This document shows, piece by piece, positions 42,012-53,559 of a stretch of DNA of 64,000 nucleotides. The stretch is from an uncultured delta proteobacterium (lineage in GTDB: Bacteria; Desulfobacterota; Desulfomonilia; Desulfomonilales; Desulfomonilaceae): positions 71,698-135,697 of the forward strand of contig CAWBKB010000008.1 of the NCBI GenBank assembly GCA_963789265.1, in the 5' to 3' direction. Under the pieces are notes generated by a model, which was not told the DNA's origin, did no database searches, and saw only the letters and a program-made list of their open reading frames with translations. The stretch's first letter is position 1, and each line of letters begins with the position of its first letter. The position numbers and the translations under genes were made by a program.

Positions 42012-42522
42012 TCTCTAGCTCCTTTAGAAAAGGCACGCCACACGTTATGCGAGAGTGCATTTGCAGATACGAACAAGGGCTCTTTGTGAATGGGGATAAA
42101 CCGGAAGGGATTGCGGTCTGAAATCCTCTACACGGGGCCTATGTCCAGGATCTTAATCCTTGCATGACGCCCGTAGTCCCTGACGCGAGGCCGACTGGAG
42201 AAACACAAGTTAAGGTTCAATGCTAAGACTAGGGGCTAAGACTTCATTTGTCAAGCGATTGTATTCGTAACTGCAATTCATTTTTATTCTTGCATTATAT
42301 CACAGATGTACGCTTGTTCCGTTCCGTAGAGCCCTCCACCCGTGCAAAGATTGTAAGATCCTGACATGCCCGTAGTCGCTGCGGGCCTGCCTGGGTTGCT
42401 GATCGGACCCAAGCACACATCGCGTACGGAGCCCTGAGAACCATTCTCCGCGCTTTTCTGATTCTGGGCAGCTTGAGTATCCGTAAGTAGGGTTTCCGAT
42501 AATTCCTGGAAAGAGTTTCATG

Positions 42523-43197
42523 TTAGTCGTCAAACGGACTGAGAGGTTCGTAATGCGTGCTATGCCAGGCTCCACCAATACCTTGATGGATTTCATGCCA
42601 GCACCTCGTTTTCGACCAACTCAAGCCGAAGCGATCTGATTGAGGGCAAATTACGGTCTCAAGTAGGGCAGTCGGACATGCGAGAGCCTCCCTACCTTGC
42701 TCTTCCGTGGCTGATGAGCCTTTGTGGACAATATTGTTGCGCAGCGGAACCACCTCCGAAATGAACTTCTTCCATAAACGATTTCCAGTGGGCAGGCGGA
42801 TTGAGTCAAGGTCGATGTTCCATACCCGAAGCAATGCTGGAAGAATGTCTCTGTCAGTAGAGGCCCGCCGCGTAAGAATACGGTGAACAAGAATATGGGT
42901 CCAATCGTCCGACATGAACGCTTCTTCAAGGATGGGTCTCAGGATAAAGTACCTCAGAATAAGCTCAGCAGCGGTGACAGAGGAGATCACCGCTTGCGAG
43001 GGAAAACCCGAAGTCAAAAGGCTGTGTCCGTCTCTGAGGCACCTGTCAACTCTCGTCTGGACAGCATCACTGTAAGTTCCAAGGTAGTCCCTGATCGGGT
43101 CATCCCGTATTTCGCGGATGCCTTGTTCGATAATGTCGGCACGCGCTTCGTCCCAGTCAGCCCCACTATCCCAGTAATCTTGATCGTCATACGACAT
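42523..43197 (-). CDS. Putative HEPN-domain protein
   Basis: AVISSVTAAE and Rx4H motif RNNIVH. Confidence 0.55.
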   Translation of the reverse strand: MSYDDQDYWDSGADWDEARADIIEQGIREIRDDPIRDYLGTYSDAVQTRVDRCLRDGHSLLTSGFPSQAVISSVTAAELILRYFILRPILEEAFMSDDWTHILVHRILTRRASTDRDILPALLRVWNIDLDSIRLPTGNRLWKKFISEVVPLRNNIVHKGSSATEEQGREALACPTALLETVICPQSDRFGLSWSKTRCWHEIHQGIGGAWHSTHYEPLSPFDD

Positions 43198-43310
43198 CTA
43201 AGCTCTCACTTCCGCATGATTGCAATGTGGCACGACAGCCAAGTGTCCAGCAATGAAAAGTGGTTCTCTGGCACCATAACCCCCTGTCCAGTTTTCGAGG
43301 TACATTATAC

Positions 43311-43392
43311 CTCTCGTGAGCCTGAACCTCTCTGAACAAGAGTCGCGAGAGACCACGCCTCCGGCGAGAGTCGGCGGGGCTGTAGGGGGATG
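43311..43392. repeat. Partial copy of a long hairpin element
   Basis: 47-bp core 45/47 identical to 46917-46963. Confidence 0.75.
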
Positions 43393-43412
43393 CGATCCAA
43401 TCTATTCGTATT

Positions 43413-44892
43413 TCATCGGTCCGTCTGTCTCGGTGGATGGTAGGGGTCCGGCGTGCCCATCGGGATGGGCGGGTATTTTTTCAAGCTGGCCTCGAACTCT
43501 GCGAGCATCTTCGTAATGGGTCTGGAGACCCAGCTGTTCGTGGCCCCAACGTCGTGCTCTTCCTTCGGGTCGGTGAGCAGGTTGATGAGCTTCGGCAGCG
43601 GCAGGGTCTGGGGCGTGTCATACATGTTCTCCTGCCAGATGAAATGGGCCTTCCAGTCATGCCATTTGACCGCTGACAGACGATTGGCCACGTAAACCGG
43701 GAAGCCTTCGCGGTTCGAGTGTTCCTGCTTGCCCAGGAAAAAATCCGACTGGTCCACCCCGTCAATGGGGCGATCATGCGGGATTTCCGCTCCACCAATT
43801 CGCGCCAGCGTCGTGAAACAATCCACAACGTGGACGATCTCGTTACTGACGCCACCAGCTTGCACCCTGCCCGGCCAGCGGAGGATAAATGGCACGCGAA
43901 GTGAGCCTTCCATTGCTGTAAAATATGTGCCACGCCACGGCCCTGCGCAGCCTTCCCAGGGGTGTGTTGCTTCAGCTCCATTGTCGCTAGTGAAGATGAC
44001 CACAGTGTTGTCTTCGATGCCCAGCTCCTTGATGGCATCCAAGATCTGTCCCGTGCGGTAGTCCATCTCGGCCAAGCAGTCGGCCCAATCGCCGTGGCCG
44101 GTCTTGCCGGCAAACTCCGGGTTGGGAAGCGTGGGGAAATGCATCAGTGAGAAAGAAACGTAGGCAAGAAATGGCTTGCCTAGGTTTGTCTGACGCCGCA
44201 TAAAGTCAATGCAGCGGCGCGTGATCTCCGCTTCTATGAGCCGCCGCTGCTCTACATCCAGTACCTTGATCTGCCGCGCCTTTTCGCCTTTGCGAGCCTC
44301 GTAAATGTGTTCGGGGTGAACGACCTTCGCGTTCCAACCCTGCTTGTTGCCAACCGATGGCCACATGCCCTTTGTTTCGTTTAGCGACGGCCACATGGCC
44401 TCGTCGTAGGTGCGCGGGATGCCATACCACTCGTCGAACCCCTTATGGGTGGGAAATCGTTCCTCGGCGCTTCCGAGATGCCACTTGCCCCATATACCGG
44501 TTGCGTAACCCTGCGCCGACAACAACTCCGCAAGGGTGACCTCCCACTGCGTCAACCCATCCGGCTTGCCCTCTATCGGGACCTCATACGTTCCCGAACG
44601 GATCGAGAAACCGCCCGGTCATGAGCGCCGATCGCGTCGGGGTGCATTGGGCTTCGACGTTGAAATTCAATAGCCGCAGCCCCTCTGTGGCGAGACGGTC
44701 GATGCGCGGGGTGGGTGCGCCGCGCAGAATTCCGCCGCCGTAGCAGCCCAATTCGCCGTACCCAAGATTGTCGGTAAGCATGAAGACGATATTGGGTTTC
44801 TTGTCCGCAGCAAACGTCGAACTGACAATGAAGGCCATAGCAACTACGATGACTCCAAACACAATCGCTATTGTCTGTGTTCTGTCTTTCAT
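43413..44892 (-). CDS. Exported arylsulfatase (frameshift near 44609)
   Basis: Signal peptide; DNLGYG, CTPTRSALMTGR, GKWHLG and SDNG motifs. Confidence 0.9.
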
Positions 44893-44995
44893 CTTTGCAT
44901 CTCTTGAACGATTATCCCGGCTTCGTAAGCAGTCGATACCGAGAGACTCATGTCGGTATCCGGTGGTCCTCTGAGGTAACGCTCCCTTGCCAGCC

Positions 44996-45565
44996 CTATT
45001 TACCGGACGAACTGCGCTTGCGTCTCAAGTAATTGGAATAGATAGTTGTGAACACAACTCCTGATATCAAGATGGAGAGTTCCACACCACGAAAGAACCA
45101 TTCGCCCAACTCCGCATAATGAGGCCTTACCACATTGACAAGAGTGTTTGACAGGAAGATGATCCCCCAAGCGCCCGTTACGGTGTAACCCGACCGAATG
45201 AAGGCGGGGGAGTCCCACAGTTCCCTAGGCACATGTTCACGTGCATAACTTTCCGTGAACGGCTGACCGATCACAATCGAAATCATGGTAGCCATAAAGA
45301 GTGTTCCGCTCGCAAGTATTCCAAGATGCTGGATCACCCAGATGGATTTGAGCAAGGCGACCGTGACGAGAGCGAAGGCAAAAAAAACCACACCTGCCCA
45401 CAATATTAGCCCGCGGTGAAGTCTCGTGATTCCCATGACAAGAACGAGGATCGCCGCTACGCAGATACCGATCTGGAGCCACAGCATCGAATGACCGGCA
45501 GAGATGATCCAGAATGCGATCCACGGTGAAAAGGCCAGCAAGAGCTTGAGAGCTTCCATCGTCAT
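44996..45565 (-). CDS. Hypothetical membrane protein
   Basis: About 6 TM segments; PFT..YAR..W.SP.F motif. Confidence 0.75.
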   Translation of the reverse strand: MTMEALKLLLAFSPWIAFWIISAGHSMLWLQIGICVAAILVLVMGITRLHRGLILWAGVVFFAFALVTVALLKSIWVIQHLGILASGTLFMATMISIVIGQPFTESYAREHVPRELWDSPAFIRSGYTVTGAWGIIFLSNTLVNVVRPHYAELGEWFFRGVELSILISGVVFTTIYSNYLRRKRSSSGK

Positions 45566-46268
45566 CCTTCACTAAAAGACGTCGGTTGAGATGCCAGTAA
45601 GACCTGAAAAATAATCTCCAGTGGTGGAGGCTTCCTATATAGAGTCCTGATGCATTCCTGTCAACGATTGATGTACACGCTTCGGGACATGGTCCAACTG
45701 TCGCGGACTCCCTCCGTTGCCCTCGATCCTAAAAAAACCGACCTGGATGAATCACACCTCTCTCATAGATGCTTCCCTGTTGAAACCCGGCTTCATAAGA
45801 AGAAGATGCAGACGACTTCTGAGTAAACGAATGGTTTCGGCAATGGGGAGAAAGGAGACCCCGCAAATCGCCTCTGGTTGGCTGGTGCCTCTCCCCTCGC
45901 TCGTGGAGCAGATTGAGGATGCATCATGTCTTCATTCGGTAAGAGCGAAGGGAGATTTGTGTGAATATCCTGTCCTCTTCTTTATCGCAGTTGCCCCCCA
46001 AATCTATCCTGACAAAGTTTTTTCACGTTATTTCGCAACGGGTTTTTCCGGAGTTAAAGTAACCATCTTGCGACCGGCTGCCAGCCCAAGGACCTCCAAA
46101 ATGGCGAGACCGCCGCATAATTCCCGTTGATACAGGCGATGCCGAACTCTGTCAACGAGCAGGCCCGCTTCACCCGATCGTACGGAGCACCTCGACGCAT
46201 GCGGGTTTCCTGTTCCACGCTTGACAGAGTGGCTGGACCACAACATCGTTCTGTAAAGAGGTGAGGCC

Positions 46269-46691
46269 ATGAAACCCCGTATTAGTTTCATCACGTTAGG
46301 CATGAGTGATTTGGAAAAATCTGTTGTCTTTTACCGCGACGGAATGGAGTTGCCCACAGAAGGCATCATCGGGACGGAATTTGAGGACGGTGCAGTGGCC
46401 TTCTTCAAGATGAACGATAATCTTCTATTGGCGCTCTTTCCGAAGCTCTCACTCGCCAAGGACGCCAAGGTGCCCATAGGCCCGCCGAGCCCTTCAGAGT
46501 TCTCCATCGGCCACAACGTGAACTCCAAAGAAGAGGTCGATGCCGTGATGAAGCAGGCACAAGCGGCAGGAGCGGAAATCGTCGATCCTGCGCACGACCG
46601 CTTTTGGGGCGGGTACTCCGGCTACTTCCAGGATTTGGACGGACACCTCTGGGAGATCGCTTGGCATCCCGAGTGGATAGTCAAGCAATGA
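46269..46691 (+). CDS. VOC/glyoxalase-family protein
   Basis: ISFITLG and FWGGYSGYFQDLDGHLWE motifs. Confidence 0.92.
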   Translation: MKPRISFITLGMSDLEKSVVFYRDGMELPTEGIIGTEFEDGAVAFFKMNDNLLLALFPKLSLAKDAKVPIGPPSPSEFSIGHNVNSKEEVDAVMKQAQAAGAEIVDPAHDRFWGGYSGYFQDLDGHLWEIAWHPEWIVKQ

Positions 46692-46877
46692 GGTGCCACT
46701 ATGAGAGTGTCTGAAATTCGGAGCAGGATCGAGTCCAGCAAAGATATAGTAGGATATAAGTAAGGGTTTAAGATCGGCACGGCAATCACGGAACCTGGGA
46801 GTTCGGGCAGACCTGTAAAGATCCCTCGAAAACTCGACCACGTATTACTCGTGGCTGGGCATTGCATCGCTCCTAAA

Positions 46878-46993
46878 GGTATCTCCGACAATTCTCGGAA
46901 AAGAAGGCGTCTCCGCGAGCCTGAACCTCTCTGAACGAGAGTCGCGAGAGATCACGCCTCCGGTTTATTCCGGCGGGGTTGTCGGGAGATACC
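46878..46993. repeat. 116-bp bulged hairpin element (full copy)
   Basis: Pairings GGTATCTC/GAGATACC, CGACAA/TTGTCG, CGGAA/TTCCG and AGGCGT/ACGCCT. Confidence 0.7.
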
Positions 46994-47097
46994 AAAATTA
47001 GAAGTCACAATCATAATGTTGGGGCACACTTCGCTTGATTCGAATGGCCATAATGGTTCCTGGAGGCTTCCTTCGGCGTCCCGGAACTCAGCTCACC

Positions 47098-47634
47098 TTA
47101 ACTCTTTTTGGGCAAGAGAGCAGCTAACCCTTTCTGTTTCCCTTTGCTAATAGGGTTTCCAATACAAAGAATCTCAGTCAGATTTCCGTTGTTATCAATA
47201 ACGGGTAAATTGACCCAGCTTACCCAAACGCGCTCTCCGCTCCGACTGATATTTTCATTCGTGTTTGTCACATGCTGCTCTGGATGCCGAAACACATCTT
47301 CGAGTATCGGTCGAAGATCTCTCCCCGAAGAATCGGTTTTAGGAACTATCGTGCCAATCAGGTTTTTTCCGACTATCTCTTTCTCCGGGAATCCGAAAAA
47401 CTTTTGAGCAAATTTATTGAAAAAAGTTATTTCGCCCTTTGGGTTCATCTTGAAGACAATGCTGTGAGCCTGCTCCACTAATTTTTCATTAATTGACTCA
47501 CGACATTGGCCTGGGGCCATTTGAACATTTCTTTCGGAACGTTGGACCGCAAAAGACACGGTTGCCACGCCTGCCACCATCAGGGAGACGACGACCATCG
47601 TCCCTGGTAACGCAAACACACTCGATGAACGCAT
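47098..47634 (-). CDS. Stand-alone PAS/PAC protein with an N-terminal hydrophobic segment
   Basis: GEITFFNKFAQKFFG..NENISRSGERVWVSW; AAGGAG RBS. Confidence 0.8.
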   Translation of the reverse strand: MRSSSVFALPGTMVVVSLMVAGVATVSFAVQRSERNVQMAPGQCRESINEKLVEQAHSIVFKMNPKGEITFFNKFAQKFFGFPEKEIVGKNLIGTIVPKTDSSGRDLRPILEDVFRHPEQHVTNTNENISRSGERVWVSWVNLPVIDNNGNLTEILCIGNPISKGKQKGLAALLPKKS

Positions 47635-48543
47635 GCTGATCTCCTTATCGTCAAAACACTTTGTCCAATATGGATGCTCGCTTTGCCGTTTGGGTTCTTC
47701 GGAGTGTTTTTTTTGTGACATGACTGATCCTGATGTTTGCCTTCCGCTGGAAAGCTCGCCCTCGACCGTTTCTATGATTGGCCCCAGGAAGACCTGATCG
47801 CCGCCTCTTACCATGAGAGCCTCGATGCCCTGGGGATGGTTTGGTAATAGCCGCTGGGTAGGTTTCCTTCAGGCCAAAGGGTCAAGAAATCCACGTGCAG
47901 CGTTTACCGTCCGTCGGTACTTGAATTGGTCCGAACCTGAAAAATTACCCCTACTCCCAAGGAGGTTTGCCACTGTCGGTTTTCTCTGGTCCGGGATTCT
48001 CCGATAATCCGACATGAAGTCCACGCCGGTGATCACGACATGGGACATGATGCCCTTGGACGGGGAAGGGGCGGCAAGTACGGGTCCATGTCACGGGGTG
48101 ATCAGGATTCCTACCCTTCACTTGCGAGTACACCTAGGATCCCGGACTCGCCGCGCTCTCTGCTCTCCAACATATCCAGTGGAAGAAACATCATCCTCTC
48201 CTCGTCTCTCCCACTCGGTATTTTCCCAAGAAAGGCTTATCAGAATCCACGTGGTGCGACGAACTGGGATGAAATAAGGGTGGCGTAAGGATGCCAAAAT
48301 GAAAACCGCAAATCGCATCTGAGTGGCTCGTCGTTATAACCGCGCTTCAGGGGCGGGTAGCAGAGGCATCGTGTTCTTACCGGAAATGGGCGAGGGAACA
48401 TTTCGGGTAAAGGAGGGGGCACGTCCTGTCTTCGCACATCACTAAAGTCTCGGAAAATGTTATTAGATACAACTGCAATGATATCAAAAAATCACAACAC
48501 ACCAAAACCGACATAGTAAAAATGTCTCAACTGAAATAAAATA

Positions 48544-50154
48544 GGGTGCCGCGATTTCTTGTCATGAGTGGCTCAAGTAAAAACGAGTAGATAGCACGGA
48601 GAAAGGAGTGGTTTCCGGTCCTCTTATGGGGTACATGACGTTTGGCGAACGATGTATCCGCTGGGGAGGACCGGATATGGAACAAGGAATACCGAACATA
48701 ATCTCGCTGGTCAATGAGATTCTCGCCTTTGTGCGAGAGTCAGCGCAAGGAATGGAAATCGGGGAAGTAGAAAGGCAGCTTCTTCCCATGGTGATGGCGG
48801 TCGGGAAAGCGGCTCTTGAAGAATTTGTGTCTGAAAAGGGGACCGGATATGCCGGCAAGGAGATCATCGAACCCCAGGGCCATCGATTGCCATATGTTCG
48901 TGACAGGGGATGTGCATATCGGTCCATCTTTGGAACGATATCCATCCGGAGAGCCTACTATCACGCAACCGGCTCACCGGGAGTCTTTCCTTTGGATGGA
49001 GAGATCAACTTGCCTGAGAGAGGCTATTCATACCTGGTTCAGGAGTTTCTCTTCCCGGCTTGCGGTTTCGATGAGCTACGAGGATGCGGAGGAGATTTTT
49101 CGTTCCTTCTTTCCCGTAAGGATGCCAATTCGTTCACTGGAGAGCATTGTGGGAGACGTCTGCGACGAGGTGGATCGATACTACGCAGAGAAGGCCCCGC
49201 CGGATCTTTGTCCGGATGCTGTGGTAACGGTCGCTACCGTAGACAAGAAGGGGGTGGTTATTCGTAAGCCCCAGGAAGGCGGGGCCGGTCCCGAGAGGGT
49301 CTCCGTTGATCCCGACAAGCCCGGAAAGAAGAAGATGGCAACCGTGATCTCCACCTACGTCACTCCACGTTACGTCCGCACGGAGGACGACATTGTCCGT
49401 GAGGTATCGGACGAGGGTAGTTTCGATTCCAGGCCCAAACTCCAGGACAAGCTTACGTGGGGCAGCCTCACCGATGGTTCGGAAAAGACGGTGGCCCGCC
49501 TGAAGAAGGCTGTCGAACAGCGATTGCCGAAAGGTAACGAGCTGGTCTGTATCCTGGACGGAGAGCGTTCTCTCTGGGCACTGGTATGCGCATATTTTCC
49601 TGCAGCCTTTTTCGTGCTGGACATCTTTCACGTCCTGGAACACTTGGGGAAAGCCGCTCTTTGCTTTTATGACGAGGGCAGCCCGCAAGCCAGAGAATTC
49701 GTGACGGAGAGATTGAGAATGCTCCTGGGCGGCAGGGCCGGCAGGCTTATCGGCGGGCTCAAGCAGATGCTAACCAAGCAGGAACTCTCCGGCGCCAAGA
49801 AACATTGCATCGAACAAGTCATCGGGTATCTCCAACGAAACCGCAAGCACATGCGGTACGAAATCTGCTTGGCAAAAGGCTATCCCATCGGCAGCGGGGT
49901 CATTGAAGGAGCATGTCGCAACCTCATCAACGACAGATTGGAACTCACGGGGATGAGTTGGACGATCCATGGAGCGGAAAGCATGATCCACCTGAGGGCC
50001 GTTCACATCAACAACGACTGGGATCTCTTTTGGAATTATAGACGAAGATCGGAGAGGCGACGCCTCTACGGCATCGAAGATACAAACTCTCCCGAGATCC
50101 GGGATCAAGAACTACCGTGTGCCGCATAACTCCTGACAGAAAGTAGCGGCACCC
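48544..50154 (+). mobile_element. ISKra4-family insertion sequence
   Basis: 26-bp IRs starting GGGTGCCGC (21/26 match); 9-bp TSD AATAAAATA. Confidence 0.9.
48677..50129 (+). CDS. ISKra4 transposase (frameshift near 49048)
   Basis: SIFG.I.I.RAYY, DG, LDIFHVLE and IGSGVIEGAC motifs. Confidence 0.88.
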
Positions 50155-50243
50155 AATAAAATATATCTTTGACGTTGCCATAGTGGAACTTTATGCTTAT
50201 CATATTGTCGTAGATAATAAACATATGAACAAGGGGAGTCATT

Positions 50244-50408
50244 TTGACCCAACAACCAAAGGAACAATTTACAAAACGGATCATATTTTGTGTAAATGCT
50301 GATCTCGATGAATCTCTCCGGGACAGGGCTTGGAAAGAGCGCAAAACTCTTTCATAACTACTTCGAGAGCTTTGTGAGCGGGGTCTTCTTGAAATGAAAT
50401 CTGTGTAA
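50244..50408 (+). pseudogene. Ribbon-helix-helix (CopG-like) gene with internal TAA
   Basis: KRIIFCVNADLDESLRDRAWKERKTLS*LLRELCERGL; stop at 50355; GGGGAG RBS. Confidence 0.6.
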
Positions 50409-50533
50409 AACTACCCGGTTCCAATCGAAGCAACGCTAGAACGCCATGAATTGCAGGAAGTGCAATTAATCCTGGGTGTCGTAGTGCGCCTAGAATCCAA
50501 GAGAAAGGAAATAAAACAAATGATTACTGGTCG

Positions 50534-51088
50534 GTGACTGCATCCTCTCTCGCGCCTTCAGTACATGAACTCCTTCGGGACTGGGCTGAAAAAATGCTCG
50601 CTGGCACAGAAGGTTTCAAGGAGCCTGACAGATACATGCCCGTGAAAATTGACACATCGGAAGGACAAACCTACTGTACAATTGGAGAGTTAATCGACGG
50701 CTCCTGCCCTCCTAGCGAAGAGGAGACGCCGGAAGAGAAGAAGAAGGGCCGACAGAATCTCTCTCATGAGACAGCAGGGAAAGCAAAACTGAACAATAAT
50801 TTGAGAGGCTTGCAAAAAATGAATAATGAATCCGAAGACAGCGAATCTGAAAGCATCAAAGTTGAGCCCGGGTCTTGGGAAGACTTAATTATCCAGGAAC
50901 TCCAGAGGAGGACACGTCTGCAAAGGGAAATCCAAGAAAAGCCTGACGACGAATATCTTCTAAATCAATTAAGGGCGCTCGATTCGGGGCTTCAAATGAT
51001 GATAGAAAAGGTGGAGATTTCTTGTTTATGCCTTCCGAAAGAGTGGGGGATTGCTCTCGATCAATGGATATGCGGACATGAGATGTGA
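50534..51088 (+). CDS. Hypothetical acidic protein
   Basis: 184-aa ORF only. Confidence 0.4.
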   Translation: MTASSLAPSVHELLRDWAEKMLAGTEGFKEPDRYMPVKIDTSEGQTYCTIGELIDGSCPPSEEETPEEKKKGRQNLSHETAGKAKLNNNLRGLQKMNNESEDSESESIKVEPGSWEDLIIQELQRRTRLQREIQEKPDDEYLLNQLRALDSGLQMMIEKVEISCLCLPKEWGIALDQWICGHEM

Positions 51089-51176
51089 GGATCGCAGGGA
51101 TGCGGGTGAGGGTTGCCACATCTGAAGGAGACACCGCTTTGTCCTGGATCTCATTCTAACGGGATTTCTTCTACTG

Positions 51177-51734
51177 CTACTGAGCGGGGACTGGAACCCG
51201 TTCCTTTGCCTCCAAAATCTTCTTGACCCAATCTTTTCTATCCTCAACCACAAATTTCTCCGTGTTGCCGTCGATAGTTTCGATTTTCAGACCATTTGGT
51301 ATGATTCCGAATGTCATGCAGGGTTTTGCTTCGCTGATTTTCTCGAGTGGAATTGATAGCTCATGTCTTTGGACATTTATTGAATGAGACCTAAAAAGAA
51401 GCCTTTGGTCAGTGAGATAAATCCATCCACCGACTGCCTCAATATTCCGGAAATGATTCGCTCCACCTTCCTTTACGAGGTCTTCACCTGCAAACGTAGG
51501 ACGTGCCATCTCAAATTTCTTCTTTTGATAGCCAGCAAAAGCACCCATCAGTGCTCCAAAAAGCACGCCAGCTACGATGCCCATCACAACTCCGGATTTT
51601 GATCCGTATAGAAATGACCAAAAAATTCCCATGAAAAGACCAAAAGGGATGCCAGTCAACAGCATCATCTTCAGAAATTTGTTTCCGACACTTGAATCTA
51701 TTCCGTGTCTTAGAGTGCCGACGCTCATCTGCAA
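51177..51734 (-). CDS. Membrane protein with a GRAM/PH-like domain
   Basis: Two TM segments; ANHF..EAVGGWIYLTDQRLLF..EKFVV..W. Confidence 0.8.
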   Translation of the reverse strand: MQMSVGTLRHGIDSSVGNKFLKMMLLTGIPFGLFMGIFWSFLYGSKSGVVMGIVAGVLFGALMGAFAGYQKKKFEMARPTFAGEDLVKEGGANHFRNIEAVGGWIYLTDQRLLFRSHSINVQRHELSIPLEKISEAKPCMTFGIIPNGLKIETIDGNTEKFVVEDRKDWVKKILEAKERVPVPAQ

Positions 51735-52242
51735 TTTCTCCCTATCGGCTCGCGTTCATTGTTCTACTAGCATAGATGCAGAGGGGCGCTCTCGGATTCA
51801 CCAAGCGATAAAGGTTTGACTGCAAGAGTAATTGTCGTTGAGGCTCTGAAGCCACTGATCCGGATCTTTGAGAGCGTTTTCAGTCAACCGGGGCAGCATG
51901 TTTGGGAGGGAGGAGCAATTCCTGCACAAGACTACTTCCAGACTCTGAGCTAGGTGGGTTTTCACCCTGTCCAGATTGCGGTCCACCATACCCTCACCGC
52001 GGAAGAACTGGAGACAATGGCATGTTGTCCGGTCGGAGACTTCACTCTCAGCCCTTCGAAAGAAGACCTCGCAGTAGTGCAGGGAAAGTGAAAGGTGTTA
52101 AGTTCACAGATGAGCCTTCCCAGATACAAAAAACCGTAATCTCAGATTACCGGAAATGTCCCTTGGGACAAAACAGGTAAAGGATGGCGTGGAGGCTTCG
52201 GGAAAATAGCCTTGAATGCTATGGGGTATCTAACATAAAAGA

Positions 52243-53559
52243 TCACACACCGAATTTCTCCTTGAGTATCTGCAGCCGATCCGTCACTAAGATGTACTGA
52301 TCAATCCAAGACCAGTCCTTGGCAAAAAGCGCTGTCAAAAACTTTCGGTCTTCCCCAAGAAGCCTTCCTTTGAAGCTCTTGAAGAAATCCGACGCGACGA
52401 ACACGAATTTGCCGTCTATTTTTTGGGCGGCGCCTCTCAGAAATTCCAGCGAGGAGTATTGGTTGTTGAAATTGAGGGCGCGGGAGGTGTCGCAGTGGTG
52501 ACCTGCATTAAAATTCCAGCCATAGACGGTCTTGGTAGCATCATCCGCGATGATCAGAGCGCCCTCGCCTTGGCTTGCCACGTTCACGCACGCCGCAAAA
52601 GCTGCTTGACGCTTCCAGCTCTTTTCTTTCCCTCCATGTTCCACCAGATAAATGGGTAGTCCAAGTTTCTTGCCGAGGCCATATGCCAGGCTCGTCTTGC
52701 CCGTGCCGGGCGGACCGTAGAAAATGACGTGGGTCGAACTTAAGGGGGTCGCCGTGAGCAAATGAAGGATATGCTCCATTACCTGCGGCTCAACCGGATG
52801 AGCATCAAGTGGCACTGGATCAGGATCGATCTTGTGAAAGAATTCAGTTTTGATATCTGCTCCAGACGCGTTTTGCAGTAGATTCACAAAACCAGAATCC
52901 ATAGAAATGGAGCGTCCGCGATCAGGCTCAACTATACCGACCTTGGAGAGTTTTCCATTCAGGGCCTCCCCTATCGCCGGGCTGTTAGAGCCGAGGCAGG
53001 TTGCGAGATGATTCCTACCTGCAAAATGGTCACATTTGAGATGGTATTGAAAAAGGCTTTGGGCCTCTTCGTATGTTGATAATATGAAGAGGAACAGACA
53101 GATCTCTTTTTCCAACTCGTTCAGATCGAACATCTGCTGAAAAATGGTCAGGTTCTTCTCAATATCGGAAGTGCCGGAGTATTGGAGCTGGTCCATCCGT
53201 TTTTTGAGAAGCCCCTGGAGAAGATCGGTGATAGCGAATTGTTCATTTTTGCTAGTTTTGCGCAAGGCCTGATCCATGAGATGTGCAAAGTCCCTGGAGT
53301 TGCGTATCTCTTCTTCAAACTCCCGTTCAAAACGAGGTCTTCGCTCTCCTCAGTCCACCATCACCGCGAGAGATAGCAGATCTTCTTCGACTATCTCAGG
53401 CCCGAGAAGCCAATGTATGGTCTCCAGAATCTCGTAGTCCAACTTTGGGTAACGAGTCAAAAGGCGACCCATATAAACCAGGACACGGCTCAGCATGAAG
53501 CAGTGGGACTTGTCCTCAGGCATGTGAGGTATGGAACCGGTATGCGTTCTGACCCGCAT
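52243..53559 (-). pseudogene. Truncated and frameshifted AAA+ ATPase
   Basis: Walker A GPPGTGKT; breaks after IIADD into unrelated sequence; 5' part in another frame. Confidence 0.7.

Noticed and set aside
46878..46993. 6S RNA
   Set aside because: Too short, no large central bubble, and present in two copies.
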